Part shown: positions 41,191-51,126 of the stretch, in pieces
Numbering within the stretch: position 1 is the first letter of the stretch
Layout: each line of letters starts with the position of its first letter
Source of the DNA: an uncultured cyanobacterium
GTDB taxonomy: Bacteria; Cyanobacteriota; Cyanobacteriia; Phormidesmidales; Phormidesmidaceae
NCBI GenBank assembly: GCA_963793265.1
Contig: CAWBZI010000006.1
Coordinates: forward strand, 864,001-928,000
Length of the DNA stretch: 64,000 bases
Reading direction: 5' to 3'
The notes under the pieces: generated by a model
Told to the model about the DNA's origin: nothing
Seen by the model: only the letters and a program-made list of their open reading frames with translations
Database searches by the model: none
Program-made: the position numbers and the translations under genes

Positions 41191-42474
41191 CTACAGCGCA
41201 AATCTATCAGCCGCATCAATCGGCTTGGCACCGCCGCCGCCCGAAAGCGTACGCACATTTGCATCAATGTCTTGGCTGCGGCGAATGCGGTTAAGCTGCT
41301 CTAGCGCCCAAGTGGCGGTTTGTCGTACTTCGGGATCTTCGTCTTCGGTAGCGTGACCCAGCATTTGGCTGATTTGAACCACTAGATCGTAAACGCGAGT
41401 GAGGTCGCGAATTGCATTCTTACGCACTTCGGGGTTGTCGTCTTGAAGGGCGATCGCCAGCGCCCGACTCATCGGCTTCAGCGAACGAATACCAATTTCT
41501 GAGAGCGCCGCTAACACCAGGCTCTTTTCCTTTGAGTCAGCGTTCACCATTGAATCGACGAGCGGCTGCATTGCCAAAGAGTTGCCGCGCTGGCCTAGTT
41601 CCCAAATCGCCTTTCGCCGCCGCGCCGGTTCAGGATTGCGCAGGTCACCAATGAGTCCTTCAATGACATCGACTTGGGCTAGAGGCGCAGTACCGCCCAT
41701 TTGGCCGGTTTGTAGGGAGCTAGCGACGGGGGCTGCGATCGCCCCATTACCGTTGTTAGCACTAGCCGTATTCACACCACCCGTATTCACACCACCTGGC
41801 GCGATCGCCAACGGTTGAGCGCTCGTCTCGATCTCGCCCCATTCATCAGGCTCGTCCTGATCTGCCTTAGATCGATTGGCAATAAAGAACCCAATCCCAA
41901 AGCTAGCCAGTACAGCAGCAACGCCCAAACTGATCCCAAATACTTTACTAATACCGCTGCCTTCGTCCTCTATGACGATAGGAGCCCCATCTGCTGCCGG
42001 AAGCTCGCTAGCCGTTGGAGCAGTAGCAGGTGCGTTCGGCGCTGAACTATCAGTCGCGTTAGTAGCGCTGTCTGCGCTGCCACCGGCAGGGTTGGCACTG
42101 GGGCGATCGCTCGTTGCTGCTCGTAGCTGTCGATAGGTTTCTTCGTCCATCGCGCCCGTTGGCGCTATCCCGGCAGCCTCTTGAAAAGCACTCACCGCAC
42201 GCTGAGTCGCTAGCCCATAAATGCCATCGACAGGCCCCGTGTAGTATTCGCTTTTTTGCAGGCGCTCTTGGATGGAGCGAACCGCAGCGCCCCGAGAGCC
42301 TAAGTCTAAATTGCCGCTAAAGGTGCCGCCCGATGCCTGAGCTAGCAGTGTTCGTGAGGTCGATAGGGTTGAGGCAGAAAGATCTGTTGCAGCAGCAGCG
42401 CCCATCCGCATAATCGGCGCGCCCGAAGCGGCTATGCAGGTGAGAAATACTAGAGTAGAACGCCGAATCATCAC
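41191..42474 (-). CDS. peptidoglycan-binding domain + TM + HEAT-repeat protein
   Basis: LGSRGAAVRSIQERL...VDGIYGLATQRAVSAFQ, a TM helix, then HEAT repeats (RRKAIWELG, VRQTATWAL). Confidence 0.8.
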   Translation of the reverse strand: MMIRRSTLVFLTCIAASGAPIMRMGAAAATDLSASTLSTSRTLLAQASGGTFSGNLDLGSRGAAVRSIQERLQKSEYYTGPVDGIYGLATQRAVSAFQEAAGIAPTGAMDEETYRQLRAATSDRPSANPAGGSADSATNATDSSAPNAPATAPTASELPAADGAPIVIEDEGSGISKVFGISLGVAAVLASFGIGFFIANRSKADQDEPDEWGEIETSAQPLAIAPGGVNTGGVNTASANNGNGAIAAPVASSLQTGQMGGTAPLAQVDVIEGLIGDLRNPEPARRRKAIWELGQRGNSLAMQPLVDSMVNADSKEKSLVLAALSEIGIRSLKPMSRALAIALQDDNPEVRKNAIRDLTRVYDLVVQISQMLGHATEDEDPEVRQTATWALEQLNRIRRSQDIDANVRTLSGGGGAKPIDAADRFAL

Positions 42475-42803
42475 TGTCTTTACCTACTTATCTTGCTGGG
42501 TAGCCTAGCGACTCAATAATCAAGAATTTTTCAAGATTCCTTACGTAGGTGCTTCGTAACAACTACACCCTTAATCAGTCTTAAATCGGACGAATGAGCA
42601 AACGTCACGCTTAAAATCACTACTATCAGAAATAGAGTGCCCGTTAAACAGTGTTTGTGCCGAACGAAGCGATGTCTATCCCTACAAAAGCATCCTACCG
42701 CAAACATTTATCAGCGCTCACTATAAGGCTTCTCAATTCTTCTGTTCTTTATAGTTATCGTCAGTAGGTTTACGCATCTTTTTTGGTTTGTCGTTAATGT
42801 TAC

Positions 42804-43910
42804 CTACGTTTGGTCTGACGATTCTTTAGAGACTGAGGTTTCAATAGGGCCTGATGAAAGGTTAAGGGGCGATCGCGCCGATAGCCATCCGCTAAGCTGA
42901 ACCCTTTGATTAATCAGGTAGATGCTTACTAAAGTCAGCAATACGCCGCTCCATTGCAAAGTACTCAAGCTTTCTGAGAGCAATAGCGTGCTAAAAAGCA
43001 GCGCAAACACAGGCGTCAAAAAAGTAAGAGCGCTAAGGCTAGTGAGGTTGCCCTGAGCGGCAATGTAGAAAAATACGCCATAGGCGATCGCACTACCAAA
43101 TATAGTCGCATAGCTAATTTCCAACACGCCCGGCAGCGAAAGCCCTTGCCAAGGCATTGTGCCAGCCTCCCAAGTACTCTCTGAAAGCGAAGCTATAAAT
43201 AAAGGCGCGCCGCCAAGCACCATATGCCACCCCGTCGCCGCCACCGGATCAGCCCAGCGGGCCACGTAGCGAATCAAGATAGTGCCGCCTGCCATCGACA
43301 GCGCCGCCATCAGCATTAGCCATTCGCCCTGGGTAAATAGAACCGACCATAGATCTTGCTCTAAGGCCATCACCGGGTTTTGTCCGTGCAGCAGTCCTAA
43401 AATCCAATCGTCCGGCAGGCCAATAAAGCTAATGCCCAAAAGGCCAATCGCCAGGCCAATCCAGCCCAAAGGCCCAATCCACTCCTGAAACAAAAACCGC
43501 GCCATCACGGCAACTGCCAAAGGCTGAGAGTCAATCATCACAGAGCCAAGCCCTGCGCCCGTCCGCTCTAGCCCTTTCGCCAAAAAGCCCTGAAACAGCG
43601 TGCCATCGACCAGGGCAAACAGGCTAATCCACAGCCAAGCCCGCCACCCTTTCGGCTGCTCGCGCCCCAACAGCACAGACACCAGCACCACTAGCAGCCC
43701 AGCAGGCAATAGCCGTACGCCCGCAATAAATAGCGGCGTCGTTTCGTCCATCACGCCCTTCATCGCCACCATGGCCGTACCCCACAAAAAGAAGGGCGAA
43801 ATCAGCACCAGCGGGTTAGACGCTAGCTCGGTGAGGGGCTGCGGCAGGGGAATTCTGGGCGCGTTGCGGAGGGCTTTTCTAGAGGTATCGGGAGAGGGGC
43901 GAGAGTCCAT
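42804..43910 (-). CDS. DMT/EamA family transporter
   Basis: PFFLWGTAMV, about 10 TM segments, LTFLTPVFA. Confidence 0.88.
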   Translation of the reverse strand: MDSRPSPDTSRKALRNAPRIPLPQPLTELASNPLVLISPFFLWGTAMVAMKGVMDETTPLFIAGVRLLPAGLLVVLVSVLLGREQPKGWRAWLWISLFALVDGTLFQGFLAKGLERTGAGLGSVMIDSQPLAVAVMARFLFQEWIGPLGWIGLAIGLLGISFIGLPDDWILGLLHGQNPVMALEQDLWSVLFTQGEWLMLMAALSMAGGTILIRYVARWADPVAATGWHMVLGGAPLFIASLSESTWEAGTMPWQGLSLPGVLEISYATIFGSAIAYGVFFYIAAQGNLTSLSALTFLTPVFALLFSTLLLSESLSTLQWSGVLLTLVSIYLINQRVQLSGWLSARSPLNLSSGPIETSVSKESSDQT

Positions 43911-44011
43911 TCAGATTAGAGGGGCCGCAGGCGCGGTATTAAGGCAGTGGGGGCGTGGCAAGTCGTATACTTACTCTAAAGTAATGTAAAGCTTCGCGCC
44001 CTGAGATTTTT

Positions 44012-44881
44012 ATGATTTGGCCTTTTAAGCCTCGCTTTCGCAAACAAGTTGCTCGTATTGAGATTACAGGCGCGATCGCCCAGGCAACTCGCAAGCGCGT
44101 GCTAGAGGCGCTTAAGGAAGTAGAAGAAAAGAAATTTCCCGCCCTGCTGCTGCGCATTGACAGCCCCGGCGGTACCGTAGCCGACTCTCAAGAAATCTAC
44201 AGCGCCCTGAGAAAGCTGCAAGAAAAGGTCAAGATCGTCGCTAGCTTCGGCAATATCTCCGCTTCGGGCGGCGTGTATATCGGGGTGGGAGCCAATCATA
44301 TTGTGTCTAACCCTGGCACGATTACAGGCTCAATCGGCGTGATTTTGCGCGGTAATAATATAGAGAAACTGCTAGATCGCGTGGGCGTCTCTTTTAAGGT
44401 AATTAAATCAGGGCCTTACAAAGACATCTTGGCTTTTGATAGGCCGCTGAGCCCTGAAGAAGAAGTGATCTTGCAAGAGCTGATTGACGTGAGCTACGGC
44501 CAGTTTGTGCGGACAGTGGCAGAGGGCCGAAATCTGAGTGAAGAGGCCGTCAGACAGTTTGCCGATGGCCGCGTGTTCACCGGAGAGCAGGCGCTAGCGC
44601 TGGGCGTCGTAGATAGACTTGGCACCGAAGAAGACGCGCGTCGTTGGGCCGCTGAGCTAGGTGGGCTCGATCCAGAGAAAGCTGAGTGCTACACCTTTGA
44701 AGAGAAAAAGCCGCTGCTGAGCCGAATTTTGCCGGGCAGTCGCTTTGACGTTAGCGCGCCCGCTAATTCGCCTTGGGCCATGCTACCTGCGCAGATGCCT
44801 GCGACCCTGGCCCGGCTCGACTTTGAAGTAGCTACGAACGGCGTACCGCTATGGATGTATCAACCGGCCAACCTTTTGTAA
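44012..44881 (+). CDS. sppA: signal peptide peptidase SppA (S49)
   Basis: RIDSPGG, ASGGVY, TGSIGV, KSGPYKD. Confidence 0.92.
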   Translation: MIWPFKPRFRKQVARIEITGAIAQATRKRVLEALKEVEEKKFPALLLRIDSPGGTVADSQEIYSALRKLQEKVKIVASFGNISASGGVYIGVGANHIVSNPGTITGSIGVILRGNNIEKLLDRVGVSFKVIKSGPYKDILAFDRPLSPEEEVILQELIDVSYGQFVRTVAEGRNLSEEAVRQFADGRVFTGEQALALGVVDRLGTEEDARRWAAELGGLDPEKAECYTFEEKKPLLSRILPGSRFDVSAPANSPWAMLPAQMPATLARLDFEVATNGVPLWMYQPANLL

Positions 44882-44983
44882 GCTTGCGTTTTGATCCGTT
44901 GGGTTAATCGTTCAGCCGAACCGGGAAACAATGGTTAAATGCTTAGTAGAAGCGTCATTTCAGTAGCAAGGGAAGGAAGAGCT

Positions 44984-45364
44984 GTGGACTGCCAAATAAG
45001 GGCTATTCGGGGGGCAACGACTGTCTCAGAAAATTCGGTAGAGGCAATCGCTCAAGCCGTCACTGAGATGCTGGATGATTTGGCGTCAAACAATCAGCTC
45101 GACCCTACACAGATAGTCAGCGTGACCTTTTCGGTAACGCGCGATTTGGACACTGTTTTCCCGGCTGCGATCGCTCGCAAAAGGCCCCGATGGGATTTTG
45201 TCCCCTTGCTCGATGTCCAGCAAATGCATGTACAAGGCGCGCTCCCTCGCTGCATTCGGCTGATGATATACACCTACTTGCCTGTGCCTCAAAGCGACGT
45301 TAAGCACTCTTACTTAAGAGGAGCCCGCGCCCTGCGGCCCGATCTTTGCCTGAGCCACGACTAG
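44984..45364 (+). CDS. aroH: AroH-type chorismate mutase
   Basis: RAIRGATT, FPAAIAR, YLRGARALRPDL; GTG start after GGAAGGA. Confidence 0.92.
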   Translation: MDCQIRAIRGATTVSENSVEAIAQAVTEMLDDLASNNQLDPTQIVSVTFSVTRDLDTVFPAAIARKRPRWDFVPLLDVQQMHVQGALPRCIRLMIYTYLPVPQSDVKHSYLRGARALRPDLCLSHD

Positions 45365-45418
45365 CTTTAAAGGCGCTAGATGTGAAAATTCAGCTCCTCA
45401 CAAATCCAGAAAATTATA

Positions 45419-45448
45419 AGGTCTTCGCTCTTTGGGCGGAGACTTTTT
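45419..45448 (+). terminator. intrinsic terminator
   Basis: AGGTCTTCGCTC-TTT-GGGCGGAGACTT, ending in a T run. Confidence 0.6.
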
Positions 45449-45540
45449 ACGTGCGAACTCTCCCTACGGGTTATTCAATGCGGGGTAGACCGCTCGCTAC
45501 GCTCTAAAGGGTAAAGAACGTACGAAAGGACGCATTTATT

Positions 45541-46008
45541 ATGCCAGTCGGTACAGAACAACAAACCAGCTCTAGCCAAGAACTCTCTGCCTTCAACAGT
45601 CTCGGCACAGACGAAAAGTTAGGACTACTCTGGGTCGTTTACAAGCATATGGGCGAATCAATTACCCCAGCCGCTCCAGGCGCAGCAGCTCCTCAATTTA
45701 CAAAAACGCTGCTGAACGAAGTAAAAGGCATGGAGCACGAGGCCCAGCTCAACTTTATGCGCGATTTGGTCAACAAGTCCTCGACCGAGCAAACTAAAGC
45801 CTATGGCGCTTTTGATGAAAACAACAAGCTGCTGTTTTGGTATGAGCTGTCTGAAGAAATGACCAAAGGAACGGTCGTGCCCGTGCCCGATGACTATGAG
45901 CTATCGGCTGATGGCTCGCAGGTGTTTGATGCGATCGCCGCACTCGACTACAACGAGCAAATTACACTGCTGCGCGATGCCGTCGTCGATATGGGCACAC
46001 AAGCCTAA
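45541..46008 (+). CDS. helical carotenoid protein (OCP N-terminal domain homolog)
   Basis: DEKLGLLW...SITPAAPGAA, KLLFWYELS, QITLLRDAVVDMG. Confidence 0.9.
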   Translation: MPVGTEQQTSSSQELSAFNSLGTDEKLGLLWVVYKHMGESITPAAPGAAAPQFTKTLLNEVKGMEHEAQLNFMRDLVNKSSTEQTKAYGAFDENNKLLFWYELSEEMTKGTVVPVPDDYELSADGSQVFDAIAALDYNEQITLLRDAVVDMGTQA

Positions 46009-46050
46009 ATAAAGACCGACACAGATTTACGTCTATGTTCCTAAGCAAAT

Positions 46051-46085
46051 AGCCTACCGAGCTAAGTTCGGTAGGCTTTCTTTTT
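46051..46085. terminator. terminator between convergent HCP and crtR
   Basis: AGCCTACCGAGC-TAA-GTTCGGTAGGCT followed by TTCTTTTT. Confidence 0.75.
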
Positions 46086-46110
46086 GAGCGATGAATTCTA
46101 GAACGTGCGG

Positions 46111-47037
46111 CTATTCCGTTTTACTCACGGCTTTAGCAGACTTATCTGGCTTGCGATGAAACCGAATGCCTAAAAACAGGTCATACATAAACCCTAGAAA
46201 GTCCTTCGTCTGCATCAGCCCTAGCGACTGCGGCGAGCCCTTTTCATCCAGCAAAGGTTTCATCACCTCATAGGCAGGCTTGTACTTGTACCAGGGAATA
46301 GAGGGCCACAGGTGATGGATCAAGTGATAGTTCTGACCCATGATCAAAAAGTTCAGCACCCGGCCAGGATAGACCCGCGCATTTTTCCAGCGATGTTGGG
46401 TCTTAAACGGACGATGCGGGAGGTAGTCAAAGAACAGCCCTAGCGCTAACCCAACGACCAGCGCCGGAGAGAACCAGTAGTTAAATAGATAGTCAATAAA
46501 GCCATAGTGGCAGGCTGCGTAGACAAAAAGCCCCACTGCCAACCGGCTTAAAAACCATTCCAAAAGCTCATACTTCTTCCACAGGCGACGCTGGAAAAAA
46601 TAGATCTCATGGTAGAAAAATCTAGCCGCAATCAGCCACAGCGGCCCACCCGTTGAGACAAAATGATCCGGGTCATTTTCAGGGTCGTTCACGTGCGCGT
46701 GATGCTGCAAGTGCACTCGCGTAAACACAGGAAACGTAAACCCCAGCATTAAGGCGCTGCCGTGGCCTAATGCCGCATTAATAATTGGGTTGCTATGAGC
46801 CGACTTATGCGAAGCGTCATGAATGACGGTACCGACTAAGTGCAAAGCGACGGTATTAAACACGAAACAGCACCAGCTAGGCCAGTGCCACACAAAATAT
46901 CCAACTGTTGAAAGAATAACCAGTGAGACAGCCCCGAAAAAAATCAGCAGATTGGGACTCAGCCCACCCTCTGCATCTAGAAACCGCTTAGGGACTCTCC
47001 GGGTAACTGCCAGTGGCTTTACTGCCGCCGACACCAT
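46111..47037 (-). CDS. crtR: beta-carotene hydroxylase
   Basis: Desaturase His boxes HDASH, HLQHH, HLIHH; FFDYLPHRPF; AGGAG RBS before ATG 47037. Confidence 0.92.
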   Translation of the reverse strand: MVSAAVKPLAVTRRVPKRFLDAEGGLSPNLLIFFGAVSLVILSTVGYFVWHWPSWCCFVFNTVALHLVGTVIHDASHKSAHSNPIINAALGHGSALMLGFTFPVFTRVHLQHHAHVNDPENDPDHFVSTGGPLWLIAARFFYHEIYFFQRRLWKKYELLEWFLSRLAVGLFVYAACHYGFIDYLFNYWFSPALVVGLALGLFFDYLPHRPFKTQHRWKNARVYPGRVLNFLIMGQNYHLIHHLWPSIPWYKYKPAYEVMKPLLDEKGSPQSLGLMQTKDFLGFMYDLFLGIRFHRKPDKSAKAVSKTE

Positions 47038-47299
47038 ATATGCGCTCCTACAGACCACGTTCTTCGGTAGTATACGCTACCTGAGATGAATAATAAAGTT
47101 TTGTGACGCGGCTGAAAAGCAACCACTCGAGCCATCCTACTTCTATTGCTCACAGGTTTTATCTTATCTGGCTTGCGATCGCTTGAATACATACTTTAGC
47201 CATAGACATAACGGCAGGCAGACTAAGCGCCGTCTATAGCGCCTCGCAATGGTATCGTTTGAGCAGATAATTTTCTTGTATTTTCACTGACATAAGCGT

Positions 47300-49093
47300 A
47301 TGCCCTCGCGTCCTGCCCTGCGCCGAACCAAGATAGTCGCGACCATCGGCCCCGCCACTGAAAAGCCCGATGTGCTAAGAGCCTTAATAGAAGCAGGCGC
47401 AACGACACTGCGGCTCAACTTTTCTCACGGCACCCAGGAGAATCATCAAAAGAATATTAAGCTTATTCGCCAGATCTCATTTGAGCTAAATCAGCCAGTC
47501 GGCATCTTGCAAGATTTGCAGGGGCCAAAAATTCGCTTGGGGAAGTTCAAAGACGGCCCCATTCAGCTCGCCAACGGGGACAAGTTCATTCTTACGAGCC
47601 GCGATATCCCAGGCACTCAGACTGAAAGCGCGGTCACCTACGAGCCTTTGGTAGAAGAAGTGCCTGAAGGAGCCACTATTTTGCTCGATGACGGCAAAGT
47701 GGAGATGAAGGTGGTTGGCAAGGAGATAGCTGAGCGAAATCTTATCTGCGAGGTGGTCGTCGGCGGCAAGCTTTCTAACAGTAAGGGCGTCAACTTTCCA
47801 GGCGTTTACCTGTCGATTAAGGCGCTGACCGACAAGGACAAAAAAGACTTGTTATTTGGGCTCAACCAAAACGTAGACTGGGTAGCGCTGAGCTTCGTTC
47901 GCAACCCTCAAGACGTTTTAGAAATTAAAGAACTCATTCAAAACTCAACCGCTCGCCGTGTGCCAGTGATTGTCAAAATTGAGAAGCACGAAGCAATTGA
48001 GCAAATGGAGGCGATTTTGTCGCTCTCTGACGGGGTGATGGTGGCCCGAGGCGACCTTGGCGTAGAGCTACCGGCTGAAGACGTGCCTGTGCTACAAAAG
48101 CGGCTGATTGCCACCGCTAACCGACTCGGCATTCCGGTGATCACGGCCACCCAAATGCTCGATAGCATGGTTGATAGCCCCCGCCCCACCCGAGCAGAAG
48201 TCTCAGACGTGGCCAACGCCATTTATGACGGCACCGATGCGGTGATGCTCTCAAACGAAACGGCAGTCGGCCAGTTTCCGGTAGAGTCAGTCGCCACCAT
48301 GGATCGCATTGCCAAGCGCACTGAGCGCGAGCAGCTCAAGCAGATGACCGAAGACTTCAGCAAAATTCATACCATTCCGAATGCCATTAGCCAGGCAGTC
48401 GGCCAAATCTCAGCGCAGCTTAACGCGTCTGCCATCATGACCATGACACGCAGCGGGGCAACCGCTCGCAACGTTTCTAAGTTTCGGCCTAAAGCACCCA
48501 TCTTGGCCGTGACGCCGCTGGTGGATGTATCCCGGCAGTTGCAGGTAGTGTGGGGTGTCAATCCTTTGCTGGTTGTCGATTTGCCGTCTACGGCGCAGAC
48601 GTTCCAGGCGGCGATCAACGTGGCTCAAGAAAAGGAGCTGGTGCGCGATGGCGATTTGGTGGTGATGACTGCCGGAACGCTGCAAGGGGTTTCGGGCTCG
48701 ACTGATTTGATTAAGGTGGAAGTGGTGACGGCGGTGCTGGGCCAGGGTCGCGGCATTGGTGAGGGCGCAGTCAGCGGGCGGGCGCGGATTGCACACAACA
48801 CGGCGGCGATTAAGGACTTTCACGCTGGGGAGATTTTGGTGGTGCCGCGTACGACGGCGGACTATGTAGATGCGATTCGCCGGGCGGGTGGCATTGTCAC
48901 TGAAGATGACAGTATGACCAGTCACGCTGCGGTGCTGGGTCTGCGGCTGGGGATTCCGGTGATTGTAGGAGTGGAGCGGGCCACTGAGATTATTCGCAAT
49001 GGCACAGTAGTCACTCTGGATGTAAGCCAGGGTAAGGTGTGCTCAGGCGGCTCAGCAACGCCGAGTGATGGATTTGTGAGCGTACATTCTTAG
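47300..49093 (+). CDS. pyk: pyruvate kinase with C-terminal PEP-utilizer mobile domain
   Basis: RRTKIVATIGPA, MVARGDLG, TSHAAV. Confidence 0.96.
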   Translation: MPSRPALRRTKIVATIGPATEKPDVLRALIEAGATTLRLNFSHGTQENHQKNIKLIRQISFELNQPVGILQDLQGPKIRLGKFKDGPIQLANGDKFILTSRDIPGTQTESAVTYEPLVEEVPEGATILLDDGKVEMKVVGKEIAERNLICEVVVGGKLSNSKGVNFPGVYLSIKALTDKDKKDLLFGLNQNVDWVALSFVRNPQDVLEIKELIQNSTARRVPVIVKIEKHEAIEQMEAILSLSDGVMVARGDLGVELPAEDVPVLQKRLIATANRLGIPVITATQMLDSMVDSPRPTRAEVSDVANAIYDGTDAVMLSNETAVGQFPVESVATMDRIAKRTEREQLKQMTEDFSKIHTIPNAISQAVGQISAQLNASAIMTMTRSGATARNVSKFRPKAPILAVTPLVDVSRQLQVVWGVNPLLVVDLPSTAQTFQAAINVAQEKELVRDGDLVVMTAGTLQGVSGSTDLIKVEVVTAVLGQGRGIGEGAVSGRARIAHNTAAIKDFHAGEILVVPRTTADYVDAIRRAGGIVTEDDSMTSHAAVLGLRLGIPVIVGVERATEIIRNGTVVTLDVSQGKVCSGGSATPSDGFVSVHS

Positions 49094-49117
49094 GGCTTCT
49101 TTGGCAGAGTCTACACG

Positions 49118-49297
49118 CTAATCGTCGCTGAGCATTTTAATGATGTGCTTCGCTAAGTGCTCCTTGACTTCTCTATGCCTTGGAATGGGTTGAGAAACTT
49201 TAGTCTTAGGATTTTGATACCAATCGTGCTTTCCGCCATGGCGCACAAATACGCATCCGAGCTTTTCTAGCTTTCTAATTAAATCTCGACGTTTCAA
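49118..49297 (-). CDS. hicA: HicA family mRNA interferase toxin
   Basis: Manual translation MKRRDLIRKLEKLGCVFVRHGGKHDWYQNP...PIPRHREV (59 aa); TTGA overlap with hicB. Confidence 0.88.
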   Translation of the reverse strand: MKRRDLIRKLEKLGCVFVRHGGKHDWYQNPKTKVSQPIPRHREVKEHLAKHIIKMLSDD

Positions 49298-49485
49298 GAC
49301 ACTTCAAGCTCGGCAACTCTGCGAACGTGTGAAACTGCGCCGCTCGTTAGATCTTTGTATATATCAAGTAGGTTTTCTTTTAGCTCAGCTTCAGTTTCTC
49401 CCTGCGTCAAATAATCAGGAAATTCCGCAAGATATCCTAGCCACATATCCTCGTCTTTCCAGTAAATATATTTCTGCTTATCCAT
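49294..49485 (-). CDS. hicB: short HicB family antitoxin
   Basis: WLGYLAEFPDYLTQGETEAELKENL; GGAGG RBS. Confidence 0.85.
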   Translation of the reverse strand: MDKQKYIYWKDEDMWLGYLAEFPDYLTQGETEAELKENLLDIYKDLTSGAVSHVRRVAELEVS

Positions 49486-49540
49486 TTAGCCTCCAAACGC
49501 AGCACTTAATCGAGTCTGACCATTGTTTTCACAGACTATT

Positions 49541-50293
49541 TTAGCGGTTGTAGAAGGCTGGGGAACCGCGATAAATGCGATCGCGCTGCCCTGAAGACAA
49601 TCTCGAAGATCCTTGAGCACTCGGCTGAGACTGGCTATCGGGCTCTCGATTGTTGTTGTCGTAGGCGTCTAAAGACTGGAACGGTGGCACGAATCGGTGG
49701 TTTTTGCGGTCGTAGGTGAGTACGGAGCCGTCAGCGATATTGTAAATCCAGCCGTGGAGGGCGATTTCGTTTTTGTGGAGGTGCGATCGCACAGAAGGAT
49801 ACGTCCGCAAATTATCAATCTGCGTCAGCACGTTTTCAGCCACCAGCGTCGATAGCTTCTCCTGCTTGCCCAGGTGGCCATAGTTTTCCTCAACCATCTC
49901 GCGCGTGGCCTCAGTATGCTTCAGCCAGTTGTATACCAAAGGCATTTTGTGCTCTAGCTCGCCTACTTGTAGCAACCCTTTCATCGCCCCACAGGTGGTA
50001 TGCCCGCACACCACAATATGCCGCACTTCTAAAGACTTAATGGCATATTCAATCGTGGCCCCTTCACCGCCATTGGTCGCCCCATAAGGCGGAACAATGT
50101 TACCGGCATTACGAATCACAAACAAATCGCCCAAATCCGACTGAGTGATCAGCTCGGGCTGCACTCGCGAATCAGAGCAGGTAATAAACAAAACGCGCGG
50201 ATGTTGACCCTGAGCTAGCTCATTCAGCAGCTTCTTATTCTGCGGCACATAGCTACTTTGAAACTCTCGCAGCCCTTTAATTAGATCTTTCAT
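49541..50293 (-). CDS. ccaA: beta-carbonic anhydrase (carboxysomal CcaA type)
   Basis: CSDSR, RNAGN, GHTTCGAM, C-terminal QRDRIYRGS tail. Confidence 0.85.
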   Translation of the reverse strand: MKDLIKGLREFQSSYVPQNKKLLNELAQGQHPRVLFITCSDSRVQPELITQSDLGDLFVIRNAGNIVPPYGATNGGEGATIEYAIKSLEVRHIVVCGHTTCGAMKGLLQVGELEHKMPLVYNWLKHTEATREMVEENYGHLGKQEKLSTLVAENVLTQIDNLRTYPSVRSHLHKNEIALHGWIYNIADGSVLTYDRKNHRFVPPFQSLDAYDNNNREPDSQSQPSAQGSSRLSSGQRDRIYRGSPAFYNR

Positions 50294-50493
50294 CGACGGT
50301 GGCCTTCTATCTTTCGTTATCTAATAATCTCACGCTGAGCAGCTATTAATCGATAGGTTAAGACTGGCTAGGAAGAGAGTTTGTTGATCCATCATGAATG
50401 CTAAGCCGCGCAGACAGATAGTTACAAGATGAACAAGTCTTTGCGGATGCCTCCTGTCTAACTTCAGAAACCGCCCTAGTTCAATGAGTTTTT

Positions 50494-50943
50494 TTATGCC
50501 ATGCGATCGCGCTTAATGTCATACACCGCCTTATCAATACACCAAACAGCATCTTTACCAGGATTTCTCTCTGCAATCCTTTCCACTAATCGCAGGGAGA
50601 TTTCTTGATTATGCGTGAGTTCATTAAGTCGGTGGTACGGCAGCGATTGTGATGTAGTGCGGCAACAGCTCTGCTTCAACCAAGGTGATTTTGGTTTTAT
50701 GTTGTCAGTCCGTAACCGATCGTAGCGAATAGGAGAGCTTTTGGATGATGTTTGCTTTTGCTTCAGCCAGGGTGACTTCGGCTTTATATTGTCAGTCCGT
50801 AATCGGTCATATCGAATAGGTGTTTTCAACGGCGTTCTCAACGGCGTTTTCCCATTCCAGCTAAACCACGGAATGCCAATCTTTATAGCTCTAAAGTAGC
50901 TCCACAACACCGCTAAACCGACTAAGGTAAGCAAAACAGACAT
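50494..50943 (-). CDS. membrane-anchored hypothetical protein with a duplicated 21-aa motif
   Basis: N-terminal TM, two copies of PIRYDRLRTDNIKPKSPWLKQ, C-terminal NPGK..WCIDKAVYDIKRDR domain. Confidence 0.7.
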   Translation of the reverse strand: MSVLLTLVGLAVLWSYFRAIKIGIPWFSWNGKTPLRTPLKTPIRYDRLRTDNIKPKSPWLKQKQTSSKSSPIRYDRLRTDNIKPKSPWLKQSCCRTTSQSLPYHRLNELTHNQEISLRLVERIAERNPGKDAVWCIDKAVYDIKRDRMA

Positions 50944-51126
50944 TCAGCTACACTCGCAAACAAATTCTCCCTTAGTGTCCCCGTCAAAAAGCCTCATATA
51001 ATGCAAAGCTCATTTGATACGACGAATTCAAGAAGTGAATTTCAATTAACTGACAAGAGAAGCTTCAATTTCTGACCTAGAACCTGTGAGATTTCAATGT
51101 TGCAATGTCTACCGAAATCACCACTG

